A DNA stretch of 64,000 nucleotides from Cyanidioschyzon merolae (Eukaryota): NCBI GenBank assembly GCA_000091205.1, contig AP006501.2; one strand, written 5' to 3'. The notes below the pieces were generated by a model, which did not search any database, had not been told where the DNA came from, and was given only the letters and a program-made list of their open reading frames with translations. How positions within the stretch are numbered: position 1 is the stretch's first letter; each line of letters begins with the position of its first letter. The position numbers and the translations under genes are program-made. This document shows, piece by piece, positions 1 to 11,335 of this stretch.

Positions 1-356
1 AGCAAAGCTGGTCTGTCTTCGTGCTGCGTGCGTACAGGCGCTACTCGTGCACCATTGCGGATGCTCACGACAGGTTCCGCAAGCGATGGATCGTACCAAA
101 TGACCAGTACGTCAGAGGGAAAGTGCAGTTGGCGGAACATGGAGAAGGAGACACGACCGTTCCTTTTCCGATCGTTGATATATCAAAAGCAGAATCGAGG
201 ATCCCTGGTCTGTGTAAACGCTCTGTCAAGCAAAAGAAAAATGACGTCGCTGCTGCACCATCCGTGTCGCGCGCACACGCAGATACATGCCTGCGACGCG
301 CGTTTTCGCAGCACTGGTGGTACCGTTTTTGCCTCTTGCAAGACGTCACGCTGGGT

Positions 357-482
357 AGCGCGTTTTGCAGTATCGGATCCATAGACAATGCACGAGGCAG
401 ATTGGTACTCATCATGCTCGACGTCTCGGTAGCGCGTTTTGCAGTATCCGATCCATAGACAATGCACGAGGCAGATTGGTAC
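357..482. repeat. Tandem duplication of a ~54-bp unit (357-410 and 429-482) separated by 18 bp
   Basis: Direct reading: 'gtagcgcgttttgcagtatc[g/c]gatccatagacaatgcacgaggcagattggtac' occurs twice in tandem with one mismatch. Confidence 0.8.
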
Positions 483-508
483 CGCCAGTTCACAGGTTAT
501 CTTTTCTT

Positions 509-1396
509 TCACAGCGCAGGATCGGGTTGCCGCATATACTCTGAGAAGCTTTTTGCCTCTATTTCTTGCCAGAATACGTTCGCATCGCTGGTTCGCATCT
601 CTTCATGGAGAGCGCTCATCGCCCATACATGGCGCAACATCCGTTCGAGCGCGCTTCCCAGACCGGTCTGGTTGCGCTCACATGCCACAACCAAAGCATT
701 CAGTTCATCCGCGATGTCCTTACGTCGTTCAGTTGCCATGAGTTTTCCGAGAGGACTCTTTTCGGGATTCGTAAACGCCAGTAAGACGAGGTGATCCTCG
801 AGAAGCTCAATCCAGGATCCAGCGTCGGGCTCCGTCTCCGTCGGTAGCAGTTGCTCCCACAGAGCAACGCGCAGGTAATGTCGTGCATATGATATCGCCT
901 GGGCTGCCTTTCCGTCTCGCAGGTATTCAACGTACTGCTGAAGGCATGCTCGGAAAGCAAACCATGGATGCAGAGATTTAATTGCGACAAACGGCTCCCA
1001 AACAGCAGGAAAAGTCACGGGAAAGCCCATCTGTTCACCAGAGAAGCACACAGCGTGACTGGTGTGCTCAGCGAGCCACATACCAGCCTCCAGTACCGTT
1101 TTATGAATGTCTCCGTCCTCCAGAATACTTGCTGTCCAGCGTCTGCGGTCCGCGAGGCTCTTATAACCAACGTTTTTCACCAAATCTACCTTTGGTGCGT
1201 CGCAGCATCGAACAGAGCTGCAGAGAGCCCGCGCCGAGCGTTCATAACCTCTTTCAATGAGGTACGAAAGAACCAGTGCGCCACGGACCGACTCGTTCGG
1301 AAGCGCCGGTCCAAGGTTCTCAGCTGCAGCCGCTTCGTTTGGCTGTTGGTCGCTATGCTGAGCTCCGAATGCTTCCGAGTTCTTGGTACGTTCCAT
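509..1396 (-). CDS. LisH/CTLH/CRA-domain protein, GID8/TWA1-like (CTLH E3 complex subunit)
   Basis: 295-aa ORF with an ATG start at 1396. Shows a LisH-like motif (VRGALVLSYLIERGYERSARAL) followed by CTLH/CRA-like helical regions. Length and domain order match GID8/TWA1-family proteins. Confidence 0.55.
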   Translation of the reverse strand: MERTKNSEAFGAQHSDQQPNEAAAAENLGPALPNESVRGALVLSYLIERGYERSARALCSSVRCCDAPKVDLVKNVGYKSLADRRRWTASILEDGDIHKTVLEAGMWLAEHTSHAVCFSGEQMGFPVTFPAVWEPFVAIKSLHPWFAFRACLQQYVEYLRDGKAAQAISYARHYLRVALWEQLLPTETEPDAGSWIELLEDHLVLLAFTNPEKSPLGKLMATERRKDIADELNALVVACERNQTGLGSALERMLRHVWAMSALHEEMRTSDANVFWQEIEAKSFSEYMRQPDPAL

Positions 1397-3148
1397 GCTT
1401 TGGGCACGGCGTTGCTGCTTTTCGCTGACAAACTTAGACTCCGCTTGGAGAGGAAGGAATGCAGTGTGCAGCGTGCATTCGAGAACGAGTTCTCTAGTTG
1501 CACAGAAGCCGCTCTGTCGTTCCAGCGCTCAGGACGCACCGCCAGCCAGCAAGCGTAAGCCAGATACTCTCAGACGAGTAGCGAGCGACCGCTTTCAGTT
1601 GCGAAGCATCTGGTGCAAGGGCAGGGCGTCTGCAGCGCCTGCAGCCATGGCGCGCGCCCGAGATGCCGACTGCCGGCTACGATACGTCACTGCGGTACGC
1701 TTTCGCTGCGACGCCTCTGTGCAGAAAAGCTCTCCGTGATCGGGGTTTTGGGCACTTTCAAAAGAGTTGTTTCGACCAAGCTTCACGCAAGTGGCGGTTT
1801 GCGGACAGTGGTCTGTGAGAGCTCTTGAAACACAGCGAAACTTGACGAGAACTTCAAAGCGTCGCCGCCTAGGTGACCGCAGAGCTCGTTGCAGCTGGTA
1901 GTGGCGTTGCTGCTGTGGTCCGGTAGCTGCACGGTTATGCGCTGCCGTATGATTCTCGAACGACATTTGGGGGCAGGATTGGCGTCCATAAGGGCCTTAG
2001 ATAGATGCGGAGTTTGTAAATGCAAGCGAATTGTCTGGGAATGGGAAACTTAGGAGCGTCTACCGAGGCGCTTTATTACATGCTCTGGATATGCACTAGA
2101 TCCGCTGCCTCGGAAGAACTTTTCGGACGCATCGCCCAAGTGCCGCGAAGAATTATTCGGTGTGCTTGGAGTATCCGTCGCAGCGTCCCATGAGACAAGT
2201 ACCAGTCTGCTTTATGGCTGTATGCTGAACGAGCGTCTCTCAAGCGGAGCGACATGCAAAAACGTTGCCCCGAGCGCATTCCGCTCAGGACATGGTTTGG
2301 CTTTATGGTTCTATAAATTGCTGCACCCATCGTGGTTTGCATAAGCATCGGCGGATATGCACGGAAAAGCAACCTGTCGCGCCTCTAGCTTAGCTTATTG
2401 CGGTGAATTGTTGGAAGCAACTGTTGGCGCAGAGGCATGGTATTCTCCACCCATTCATTCACGCATGAGGTCGGTGCCAATGCTACTTAGAGTTGCCTTT
2501 CATTGCCGCTGCGATCAGCACAAACAAACCGCAAACAGATCTTACGGGATCATGCGAGGTCGGCCTCCATACTGCAAATTCTTAACGCACGTCCGCACTT
2601 TCTCCGCCTCCACGGGAACGGGATTCCGCGCGATTGTCCATCGCCCGGTGCCAGAGCTGCAGAACCTGTCGTTGCGAGCGAGAACGTACTTGGCGCCTGC
2701 GCGCGCCTGCGCCCAGCCACGGAACCTTGACTCCGGTCGCCGCGCTCCGGTTTAAAGTCCAGACCTAAACACTACCTGCTACAGAGAACCTACAAGTTTC
2801 ACCGGCACGTTTCCCGGAGCCAACCTGATATGCTACTCAGCAGCGCTTCATGCGCCTCCTCCAGTACTGCGATCCGGAGACAGCAGAGCCGAGCGCTTGG
2901 AACTTGCAGCCCCATTACGTAACGATACATGCTTCCCCATATGCTGATATCCATCGAACACCGAGAGATTCTCGATACGATGCAAAGATGCTACATCATT
3001 GAAGAAGTGCAGCGCCCTGCGGTTGCTGGTACTCGGCGCGCCGCAGACGGCGGCATTGCACGGCGTTTCCGGATTCGGCTGCCCCATCGCGGAAGCCGCT
3101 GACGCAATTGCGTTGTTGTCGCATAGAGTTTGGCGTTCACTCTGGCAA

Positions 3149-4054
3149 ATGACACTGTTTTTTGTAACTTGTGTCGGTAGTGCATCCATCTCTGGTCTCC
3201 AGAGATCGTCTACAGCACGTAGCGGTTTGCGAGCTGTTCCGAGGTCTAAAGGAACTGCGTTTCGCATGCGTAAGGGTCGTGCGAAGAACGGGCTCCTCAT
3301 GAGTAACGGGCCTGGTGACGCTGGATCGGGTCCAGTTGGCCCTGAGGGTGGCGCAGACGGCTCGAGCGGCTATGCAGCCGACCAGGACTATCCTTCGGAC
3401 TCGTATCGCAGGACACCAGCGGAGGCGATGCGCTCTGCTGTGTTTGATAAGGCGAAAATCGCCCAAACGAAACTCAAGTTGCTACAGCTCGCTGCGTCGA
3501 CGGGACGAGGCGATCTTGCGAGTACCGCTCAGCGTAACCTCGTAGAAGATCTGGTCACGCAGCTGGAGTCCATGTCACCGACTGTGTCTCCATTAGAGTC
3601 GGCGGATATTAATGGAAAGTGGCAGTTGGTGTACTGCTCGAAACCGTTGTACAAGATCAATCCGTTCTACTTGCCAGCAGCGACACCACTCGGTAACTTG
3701 GGCGTGATCACCCAAACCATCAACATGGACCTTGGAGAGCTCGTCAACGAGGCAGAGGTGCACTCTTTTCCGGCGGTGAACGGCGTCGTTGTTTCAGTCT
3801 CTCGCGTCCTGCCGGTGAGCGAGACACGGATGGAGCTGCTGGTGGAGCGGGTGACGCTGCGCGCTAAGGACGTCGCGGGGCGTTTCGACCTGGGCGGCCT
3901 CAAGCTCGATATCCCCGTAGAGGGATTCTACGACAGGCTCCAGGGTGGACAGCCAGGACGGCCTTTCTTGGATATTATCTTCATGGACGAAGACCTACGT
4001 GTGTGCCGAGGCAAGCAGCGTACGATTTACGCTTTCACAAAGCTGTCCAGATAG
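3149..4054 (+). CDS. Plastid-lipid-associated protein / fibrillin (PAP_fibrillin family)
   Basis: The track ORF 2999..4054 begins with TTG; the first ATG is at 3149. The N-terminus is S/R/G-rich and transit-peptide-like. The core 'INGKWQLVYCS...' and C-terminal 'LDIIFMDEDLRVCRGKQRTIYAFTKL' match the conserved fibrillin motifs ('L.GKW.L.YTS', 'YLDEDLRISRG...FVL'). Confidence 0.7.
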   Translation: MTLFFVTCVGSASISGLQRSSTARSGLRAVPRSKGTAFRMRKGRAKNGLLMSNGPGDAGSGPVGPEGGADGSSGYAADQDYPSDSYRRTPAEAMRSAVFDKAKIAQTKLKLLQLAASTGRGDLASTAQRNLVEDLVTQLESMSPTVSPLESADINGKWQLVYCSKPLYKINPFYLPAATPLGNLGVITQTINMDLGELVNEAEVHSFPAVNGVVVSVSRVLPVSETRMELLVERVTLRAKDVAGRFDLGGLKLDIPVEGFYDRLQGGQPGRPFLDIIFMDEDLRVCRGKQRTIYAFTKLSR

Positions 4055-5302
4055 TGGCATAGATCGAGGTGTGTAAACCGAACATGGGACGACCTGGAAG
4101 ATCTCATGCGTGAACTTTGTATACTGGCTCGCACGCAACCCTTGTGCGTCTTTCGGAACTTGCATAGATGCTGATAAGCATTGCGCGTCCCAGGATGCGG
4201 ATTAGGCTCAGGGCACTGGCACCAGCGAACACCATGCCGCTGCTGGCAACGATGCTGCATATAGAGCACCGTCGATCGGTGCCAGCACCAGTAAATGAGG
4301 GCGTCGCAGCCTCAGGCTCAGCGTAAACCTCGGCGTTTGACGATGCGAGCAACGCCCTGTGCAGATACAAGTGCAGCGCCCGCGCACACTGCATAATAAG
4401 TAAACGAGCCATCTTGCGGGCGATACAACGATGTGGCTCGAGTCGCAAAGGCGTTCTATTGTTTCAGCGGGACAGCAGATATCGTCGCGATGCATGAAAG
4501 GCTAGAGGATTGCAGCCAAGACTCTATGGCGATGACGATGACGATGAGAGATACCGGCGGTTCGGCTGCATCTGCATCGTCCCCCGCCGTGTACAACGCG
4601 AGGCATGCACGCAAAAGCTGCCCATTCAGCATCATCGAAGACTTGGTAAGGACACCTGGAGAACTTTTCTGGCGTTGGCAGGTTTCACCTTGAGTAGGAA
4701 AGGACGCGGCATTTGTCATGGCCTGCATGAGAAGAGTGCTGCTGCCTAGCGCGGCACCTGGTGCGCTCGATCCGTTGCGTTCAGGTACGTAAACATTCAA
4801 GCATGCAAAAACGAAACGTTGGAGTCCTTCGATGCAATCATCGGGCCCGTGAGGTTGTTCACCAAGCGTTCGCGGATGCTCTCTCGGTGTCCGAGATAAA
4901 CTTCAGGTGAGATATGTCCACGCATCATGCCGAACGTTCCTGCTGGTGCAGTCTCTTAAAAAAACGACGACCGGCAGCGCGTGCCTCGTAAACATGTGCC
5001 ACGATCTGGGCGATACTCAGGGTCGGCAGGCTTGATACCGACCGGAGGCCATGGCTATCGTCCTCTCCGACCGGCGCTGACGTTCTCCGTGGGTTGCGAA
5101 TACGCCTTTCGCATTCAAGCGAAAGAGATATACCAATCCCGATAGCTGAACTCTTGCTTGAGCCATCGTTCAACCAGAATAGCTGTACAGGTCATGGCTG
5201 ACATGCCCGCACCTTCAGGGTGCACCTTGAAACGCCTCCGCAATCCCGTGGCATAGGCGCGTTTCAGGATAAAGGTCTGGTGCACCCGGTTGGATGCGCC
5301 CA

Positions 5303-6319
5303 CTAGGGAACGTCCGGCTGCGCAGCATACGTACGAACAGGCGATATCCACAGCTTCTTCATCCACTCATACACGAAGAAGGCGACCCCCGAAGCAGGTG
5401 CCGCTTTAAGCAGACTAGGCACCGCGCCCCGAAACAGGCCGCGTACGCCTTCTGCTCGTGTAATGCGCCACAAGCAGTCCACAGTGTTTCTGTAAACCCG
5501 TGGACCATCGGTGATACTCTGAACCTGCATTCTTTTGCGTGCATTATCCAGCGGTAGCGTGCACCATTTTGCTGTCGTGCCTGTGAGCGCCCCGATCAGG
5601 AAACTTTCCGAGCTCCTGACTGCCTCGTGCTCCGATAGGGCACCTGATCCGGATGAACGCTGCGCTAGATTCTTACGCGCCTGGTAATGTCGCAGATGCT
5701 CATAAATGTAAAACTGGAGCGCAACATATGGCACAATTTCAATGACCGTTGGCCCCAATCCAGCATAGAAGCCGCGCAAGCCCTCCTTCCGCCAAATGGT
5801 CCGAACCGCGTCCACCAGGCCGGTGTAAAGACGCGGCTCACTCTGTACAGCCATTCGCGTTCGCAACAGGTCCAATGGGTATACCGTCACACTCGCAACC
5901 AGCCCGGAAAGCGCTCCGAAGATGACAGAGGGTGTAGCCCCCATGTATCGCTGCAAGCTGCGATTATCGCCTTCGCTGAGCTGGTTCCACCACTGCCGCA
6001 GCTGGTAGAACGTGCCAAACTGAACGGCTGCATAGGGCGCGACCATTGCTAGGGCGGGGACGTTCCCCTTGTAGAGTGCTGTCCAGCCTTCCTCCTTGAT
6101 AATGCGGCCAAAAGCTTGCGAAACACTTGTGTAGCGAGCGTGCACCGCGGGGGCATCCCCGAGACCCCAAGCCTGCAGCACCCGCTGCTCATGCTGGAGC
6201 TGGAAACGTATTTTCAGCACGTCTAAGGGCGCAACAGCAAACCTCGATGCACAGCCTGCGACTGCTCCTGCGAGCAGATCTTTCCACGGCTCGAGTCTCT
6301 CGGCAGGTGCAGACGACAT
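5303..6319 (-). CDS. Mitochondrial carrier family protein (SLC25), thiamine pyrophosphate carrier-like
   Basis: 338 aa with an ATG at 6319. Three Mito_carr signature repeats are present: PLDVLKIRFQLQ, PLDLLRTRMAVQ, LPLDNARKRMQVQ. The 'IRFQLQ' first signature is typical of the TPC/SLC25A19 subfamily. Confidence 0.85.
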   Translation of the reverse strand: MSSAPAERLEPWKDLLAGAVAGCASRFAVAPLDVLKIRFQLQHEQRVLQAWGLGDAPAVHARYTSVSQAFGRIIKEEGWTALYKGNVPALAMVAPYAAVQFGTFYQLRQWWNQLSEGDNRSLQRYMGATPSVIFGALSGLVASVTVYPLDLLRTRMAVQSEPRLYTGLVDAVRTIWRKEGLRGFYAGLGPTVIEIVPYVALQFYIYEHLRHYQARKNLAQRSSGSGALSEHEAVRSSESFLIGALTGTTAKWCTLPLDNARKRMQVQSITDGPRVYRNTVDCLWRITRAEGVRGLFRGAVPSLLKAAPASGVAFFVYEWMKKLWISPVRTYAAQPDVP

Positions 6320-6404
6320 GCATCAAGACCGGCGGCGATCAGGGGAGAGCACGGAGTTTGGCGGCGTTCACAGCAGAAACAGGCCTGATTCGATATAGGA
6401 TTCA

Positions 6405-6660
6405 GTAGATAGGCTACCGTTCCTGATGACTGAAGAGAGCTTTCTTCGATCCAGGAGAAGGAGCTATTGCGGGGCCCTTGGCTTCGCTGTATAGCGCAGG
6501 ATGCGGACACACGTTCCACACGAGACGCCGTTGGAAAGCTACCGTTCCTGGAGACTGGTGAAAAGTGTCTTCGATCACTGAGCAGAACCTATTGCCTCCT
6601 CCTCGGTTTCGCTGACGAGTGCAGGTTCAGAAACCACAAGACTCCAAGCGGTGGCTCTTC
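6405..6660. repeat. Two tandem ~125-bp imperfect repeats directly upstream of the carrier gene
   Basis: 'gctaccgttcctg[a/g]...cttcgatc...attgc...ggtttcgctg...' is repeated head-to-tail at ~75-80% identity. Confidence 0.6.
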
Positions 6661-7211
6661 GAGAACTCGCAGTCGCCGCCCAGAGACGCAACCTACAAGT
6701 TGTAAAGTTCTCTAATGGCGTTTAACGAGGCGAAGCGTTTTTTCATCGATGGACCGTTTGCACTGATGATACGAAATCCCAGAAACCCGATAGGTATCGT
6801 AAAAGGTGAGCGCGTTCATGATGTCGCAGCAGACCTTGAAATTCCAGGTGCTACCTATCATATTTTCTCTGATGGTAGCTGTGAAGCGTCCAGCGTCGAA
6901 GCAAGCGCCGGCAGTAGGTGTGCTCGTTGCTCCGAGAGACATGCGATCGCTCTATCGTCTATTTGTGGGGGAAGTACTGCTCTGAGGGTTGTGATACGCC
7001 GAAGCATACATTGAGGGTCAAGGGTCACCTAGCGGACCTCCATGGATATCTCAACGCATCTACGAGAGACCTGATGCAATCCATCAATCACACTCTATCA
7101 ACGACTTGAGCTTCGCAGTGCTTGCCTGTGGCAGGGCTACGTGTACGGAAGGTTCAGCATCTTGACCGGGCTCCGAGTTCCCAAGGAAGAACTGGTCAAG
7201 GCTCGGTGGAG

Positions 7212-8784
7212 CGTGTCTCTAATCGATGAGCAGCGGTGATCGCAGTCTCGTATGTAGTCAGCGCAGTGGATTCTGGAACAACTGTTCGAGGACGCGCTTT
7301 TGTTTCGATTGCTTTTCTCGCAGGTGTTCAACCAAGCAATTGTGTACTTTAGGTTCGGGGGAAAGTCGCGAAACGTTTTGAGCTTTTTATGGCTTGCTTG
7401 CGCAAACCGCCGTCATTCTTAACTGAAGGCAACGCAATCCGATAAAGTGCATGAATCAGCTGTCTCGTAGTGCCTGTTCCTAGAACTGCGCTCCAAAACG
7501 AGAACGTACCAGACGCCACCTACAAGCCTTGCTCGTTTTCAATCCGTTCCACTCCACAGTTCCGTTCAGAAAAAGCAGAGAAAAAACCACACGATATGAA
7601 GATTCTGTACCGTCGATACCGACGGTAATGAAGAGGCACGGGTGGACGACGCAAAAGCACGTTGCTCCGTGAGACCGTCGTACGTTGAACGAGACGCGCA
7701 CACTCTCATACGCACACCCGCGATCGATTACATCATGAAAAGCGAGCGGTTACTACGGGACGGACGAGTGCTCGTCGCTCTCAATGAGACTTCATTCAGA
7801 GAAGCGTGCAGACCTGGACACGGGCGCCCTAACAGGGATCATCGATGTTCGCACACCAGGAACACGCGAGTATTCCGAAAGGATCAGCAGTAGCAGCAGC
7901 ATGGAAATCGTGTGGTCGCCTACTTTTCGCCAAACGGGCGGGATTGCCCAACAGCTCATTCGCGGTCGAGGCAGTCCCCAGGATGCAGAGCTGAAGTGGA
8001 TGCCCTGCACGCTTGCTCCGGGGTGCGCCTTAGCGACCATGCGGCACATGCGGACGATCTTGGGGCAGGGGCACAGCGAACCGCGCTGGGGCCGCCAACG
8101 GTTTCGGTTGTATAGGCCGAACTGGCGTGCAATCGCCTACGTGGTCAGTCAGTTGGACAAAGCATCGACAGACGTGTCGCATCGTTTGGTGGAGGACGAA
8201 GGCGCTCGACGTATTGCTGCGCGCAAAGCACGTACCCGTGTTCGTTGCGCGAGAGCGCACACCGAGTGCAGGAATCGATGCGGTACGTGCTCCCGTTGAT
8301 GAGTTCAAAACGACGTATACGCATCACAAGAATGTGTGCACGCTGAAACGGGTAGAGAAGATGAATGTGAAACGGAACCTGATGCACGACGTGGTGTGCG
8401 GGAAGCGGAGCATCGTCAGGTAGCGACGAGGGTGCAGGTGAGCGGCTGGCAACGGCGTGATTCCCCGAGCAGCCACGCGTGCAAGCACATTCTGCGCGGA
8501 GACTTGGGCGTCTCAACGAGCACCCGGAAACGTCTCGTGCTTCCGGAGCGTCCATCGGTTTTGCATGAAGCGAGCGCTCGAGGTAGTAATCGGTTCGACC
8601 TTCGCGGCGCCATGGTACTGGAACGCAGAAGGCTTGCGATGAAAAGAATCAGTGGCGGCGAGAGAGGGCTCTGGATTCCCGACTGGAGCTATGCACTGGT
8701 ACGATATGGATCAGCAATCGAGTGAGACTCGTGTACTCTCATATATGCGCTGTGATTTGGATTCCCTGGCAGTTGGAGAAAGAT
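7212..8784 (+). mobile_element. Copy A of a repeated non-autonomous element (Fanzor-tail family); internal-deletion derivative
   Basis: The ~1.5-kb core (7264-8784) is ~98% identical to 39461-41010 and, inverted, to 56635-58190. The left-end motif 'gagcgtgtctctaa' (~7212) matches the left ends of copies B and C. About 580 bp of the Fanzor-derived segment present in B and C is missing here. Confidence 0.7.
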
Positions 8785-9333
8785 CGTGCTGATCCATACT
8801 TCAGAGTTCATAAGTCTGCTGAATCGCATCGCTCAGCTTCGAGCAAATCCTCCTCGATTCGGAGTCCTTTCGGCTGGCGCAGCGTCGCAACTGCACGAAA
8901 CCTCTTCGGCCATCTGTCGTGTTGCGTTGCGCTGCGAGCGCTTCAACGGACGTGGACGAACGAACTCTAGGCCTACAGGTATACGCACCCTATAAGATAG
9001 AATAGGCGAGCACACTGCTAGTCTCTGAGAAAACGCTGCGGGCGTCAGGTTCTCAAAAACTTTTGCCAGGCGCGCAGTCTGTTTTTGCGCGATTTGCTAG
9101 AGGCAACCCACTTGGCGTTGGTATCTGCTACGTTCGACCTTAAACAGTTGGCGCGACAGCTCTCGAACAAGCACTGCAACGCGGAGGCCCTTCACCGAGC
9201 CAAGGTGCTTCCGAACCTGCTGGAGGCGCCAGGAACGGACTGGCGCTCACTGCAGCACTAGGGCGATAGGGAACGTAGCGCGCCTGGCCAAAAGCCCAAA
9301 CGACGGAGACGTTTTAGATCATTTCCAGAGTCT

Positions 9334-10884
9334 ATGAACAGAGCATCCACGAATCTGACGTCTGGTGGCAACTGGTTTCAACCGGGAACCAGTGGCGCTT
9401 CCTCTGCAACTGTCCAAGCGGGACTCGCGGCACAGAACCCCGTTTGGGCGCCACCGCGCACTACTCCATGGTCCACTGGTGGAGCGACTCCGGTTACTCC
9501 CGTTGGGTCAACTGCACTGAATGCTGGCTCGTTCCCTGGAAATGTCGGACAGTCTTCCTGGGATACACAGACGAACAAGTACGCGGATGGCGCTGCCGGA
9601 TTCCCGACATCGCTCTTTAGCTCCGCCAATGGAAGTGGAACTTTGGGAGCTACTCCAAACGCGACTTCTGGGACAGCGTCCGGCGCCTGGCCGTCAACTG
9701 CGGCGTCATCGGCATCGACGTCGACCCTGAAGCCAGCGACCGAGCTCGGCAACACGTCAACGTTCATGTCTTGGCCGAACAGTGCCACGACCGGGACGCA
9801 GTTCATCTCCACGGGTCAGGGGATGAATCTTAACCAGAATCCATTGAACGCTGGTACCGGAGGTGCGTTCCAGTCTGCATTCCGTACCACTGGCGGCGCT
9901 TCTGGTGCTACGACCGCGGCACCAGCACCTACGGAGCAGCGCGTTCCCGACTGGGTGAATTTTGAGGATCTGTCGCCGTTTATGCGTCAGCAGCTGCAAC
10001 AGATGGAACAGCTTTGTCTGGAAATGCAACGTTTTGCAGATCATGGTGTTTCCGAGGAAAACCCACGTGCCACTACTGCGCTGCGCAAGCAACTGGCCGA
10101 TGTAAACGGACAGGCAATGTCGCTACGAACTGCTCTGGCGCTTTCTAGTACACTAGTCGCTGAACTCAAAAGAGCGAAAGATGGAGCGATCCATTTTATG
10201 CAATATGTATGCGACCTGCACGAAGCTTTGCATGCAGCCCTATTCGATAACGGAACCAGAGAAAGTGGCGTCTATGGGAGCCAGCAGCTCGCTCCAGGGA
10301 GCGCAGCGCTTCCGTCGTCATCTTCTTGGTCGTCGTCGATGCCGTTGACTACGGCACGAGCCTGGTATGTTGAAAGGGACACAGCAGTGGCTCCGAGTCG
10401 AACGATCCACCTTCCGTCAAGTTTTATGGAAGCAGTTACGACGGCCTTGGAGCAGCGCGCAGCGCTCTGTGAAGAGAAGCTCACTCAAGTCACACAGCTG
10501 CTGGCAGCGATGGTGGGTTCGTCTTCGCAACCCGGGATACTGCACGCCTTGGGGATCGATGTCTCGGACGCTGCAGCTGCAAACTCGCAGCCAGAGTCTG
10601 GTTCTGGATCGGGGAGCCTGACCACCACCACCACCACCACCAACACCAACACCATTCAACGATTGCATAACACGCTCCGCAATGAGCACCTTTTGCTCAT
10701 GCAACTAGCGGGCGCGGTGGCCATGCTCCACGAGCGCGTTCAAGCGCTCCGGGAATGGTTCACGCTGGTCTACCAGCAGCGTCGTCCCCGGGCACCGGAT
10801 CCGCTACAGAACCCGTCGACGACGATGACGACGACGCAAGCGTCGGGGTTGGGGCAATGGCCCTTCGCCCCGATCCAGCGATGA
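9334..10884 (+). CDS. Hypothetical low-complexity protein (S/T/G/A/N-rich N-terminal half, helical/coiled C-terminal half)
   Basis: 516-aa ORF with an ATG start in a GC-rich context. Contains (ACC)n and (GAC)n codon repeats. I recognise no conserved domain. Confidence 0.4.
   Translation: MNRASTNLTSGGNWFQPGTSGASSATVQAGLAAQNPVWAPPRTTPWSTGGATPVTPVGSTALNAGSFPGNVGQSSWDTQTNKYADGAAGFPTSLFSSANGSGTLGATPNATSGTASGAWPSTAASSASTSTLKPATELGNTSTFMSWPNSATTGTQFISTGQGMNLNQNPLNAGTGGAFQSAFRTTGGASGATTAAPAPTEQRVPDWVNFEDLSPFMRQQLQQMEQLCLEMQRFADHGVSEENPRATTALRKQLADVNGQAMSLRTALALSSTLVAELKRAKDGAIHFMQYVCDLHEALHAALFDNGTRESGVYGSQQLAPGSAALPSSSSWSSSMPLTTARAWYVERDTAVAPSRTIHLPSSFMEAVTTALEQRAALCEEKLTQVTQLLAAMVGSSSQPGILHALGIDVSDAAAANSQPESGSGSGSLTTTTTTTNTNTIQRLHNTLRNEHLLLMQLAGAVAMLHERVQALREWFTLVYQQRRPRAPDPLQNPSTTMTTTQASGLGQWPFAPIQR
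10621..10653. repeat. (ACC)n / Thr-codon microsatellite inside the CDS
   Basis: accaccaccaccaccaccaacaccaacacc. Confidence 0.8.
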
Positions 10885-11177
10885 TATCATGGCTTGTGAC
10901 CGGGAGCCGTTGTGGCTGGTGCGCGTTCAGGAATTGCATGTTGCTTCCAAAGGGAGCACCCACCTGCCAGAGGCGCATGGCCCTCGAAGCTCGCTTCTTG
11001 CCTTGCATCCATTGGATGTCCAGCGCATCGGATGTTGCGTGCTTCTCTTATGCCTTGACCATGGTTGCAGAAGAAAAGCCAGCAAGCGGCATACATCTCA
11101 TACCGACGCGCGTGTAAGTGTGCACAATATGAGAGACGAGCGGAGAGCCTTCGCGGCGTCTACAGCAACATGAACCG

Positions 11178-11195
11178 CACCACTACCACCACCAC

Positions 11196-11234
<39 letters not shown>

Positions 11235-11250
11235 AAGTAGTAGTAGTGTC
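11178..11250. repeat. Compound trinucleotide microsatellite (ACC)n(AGC)n(AGT)n
   Basis: Direct reading of 'accaccaccaccagcagcagcagcagcagcagcagcagcagtagaagtagtagtagt'. Confidence 0.85.
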
Positions 11251-11335
11251 TAGACTGTGAATGCTTCCGGATACCTGTAACAGGTTGACAGCGCTGCGGT
11301 ATCCACGACGGATCCCATTCGCTTTCGAATACCAC

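Noticed and set aside
7480-8725. Multiple 60-170-aa ORFs on both strands inside the 1.5-kb repeat core (identical in all three copies)
   Set aside because: They overlap one another on both strands, lack any recognisable motif, and are the expected open frames of GC-rich non-coding DNA. Their identity between copies just reflects nucleotide identity.
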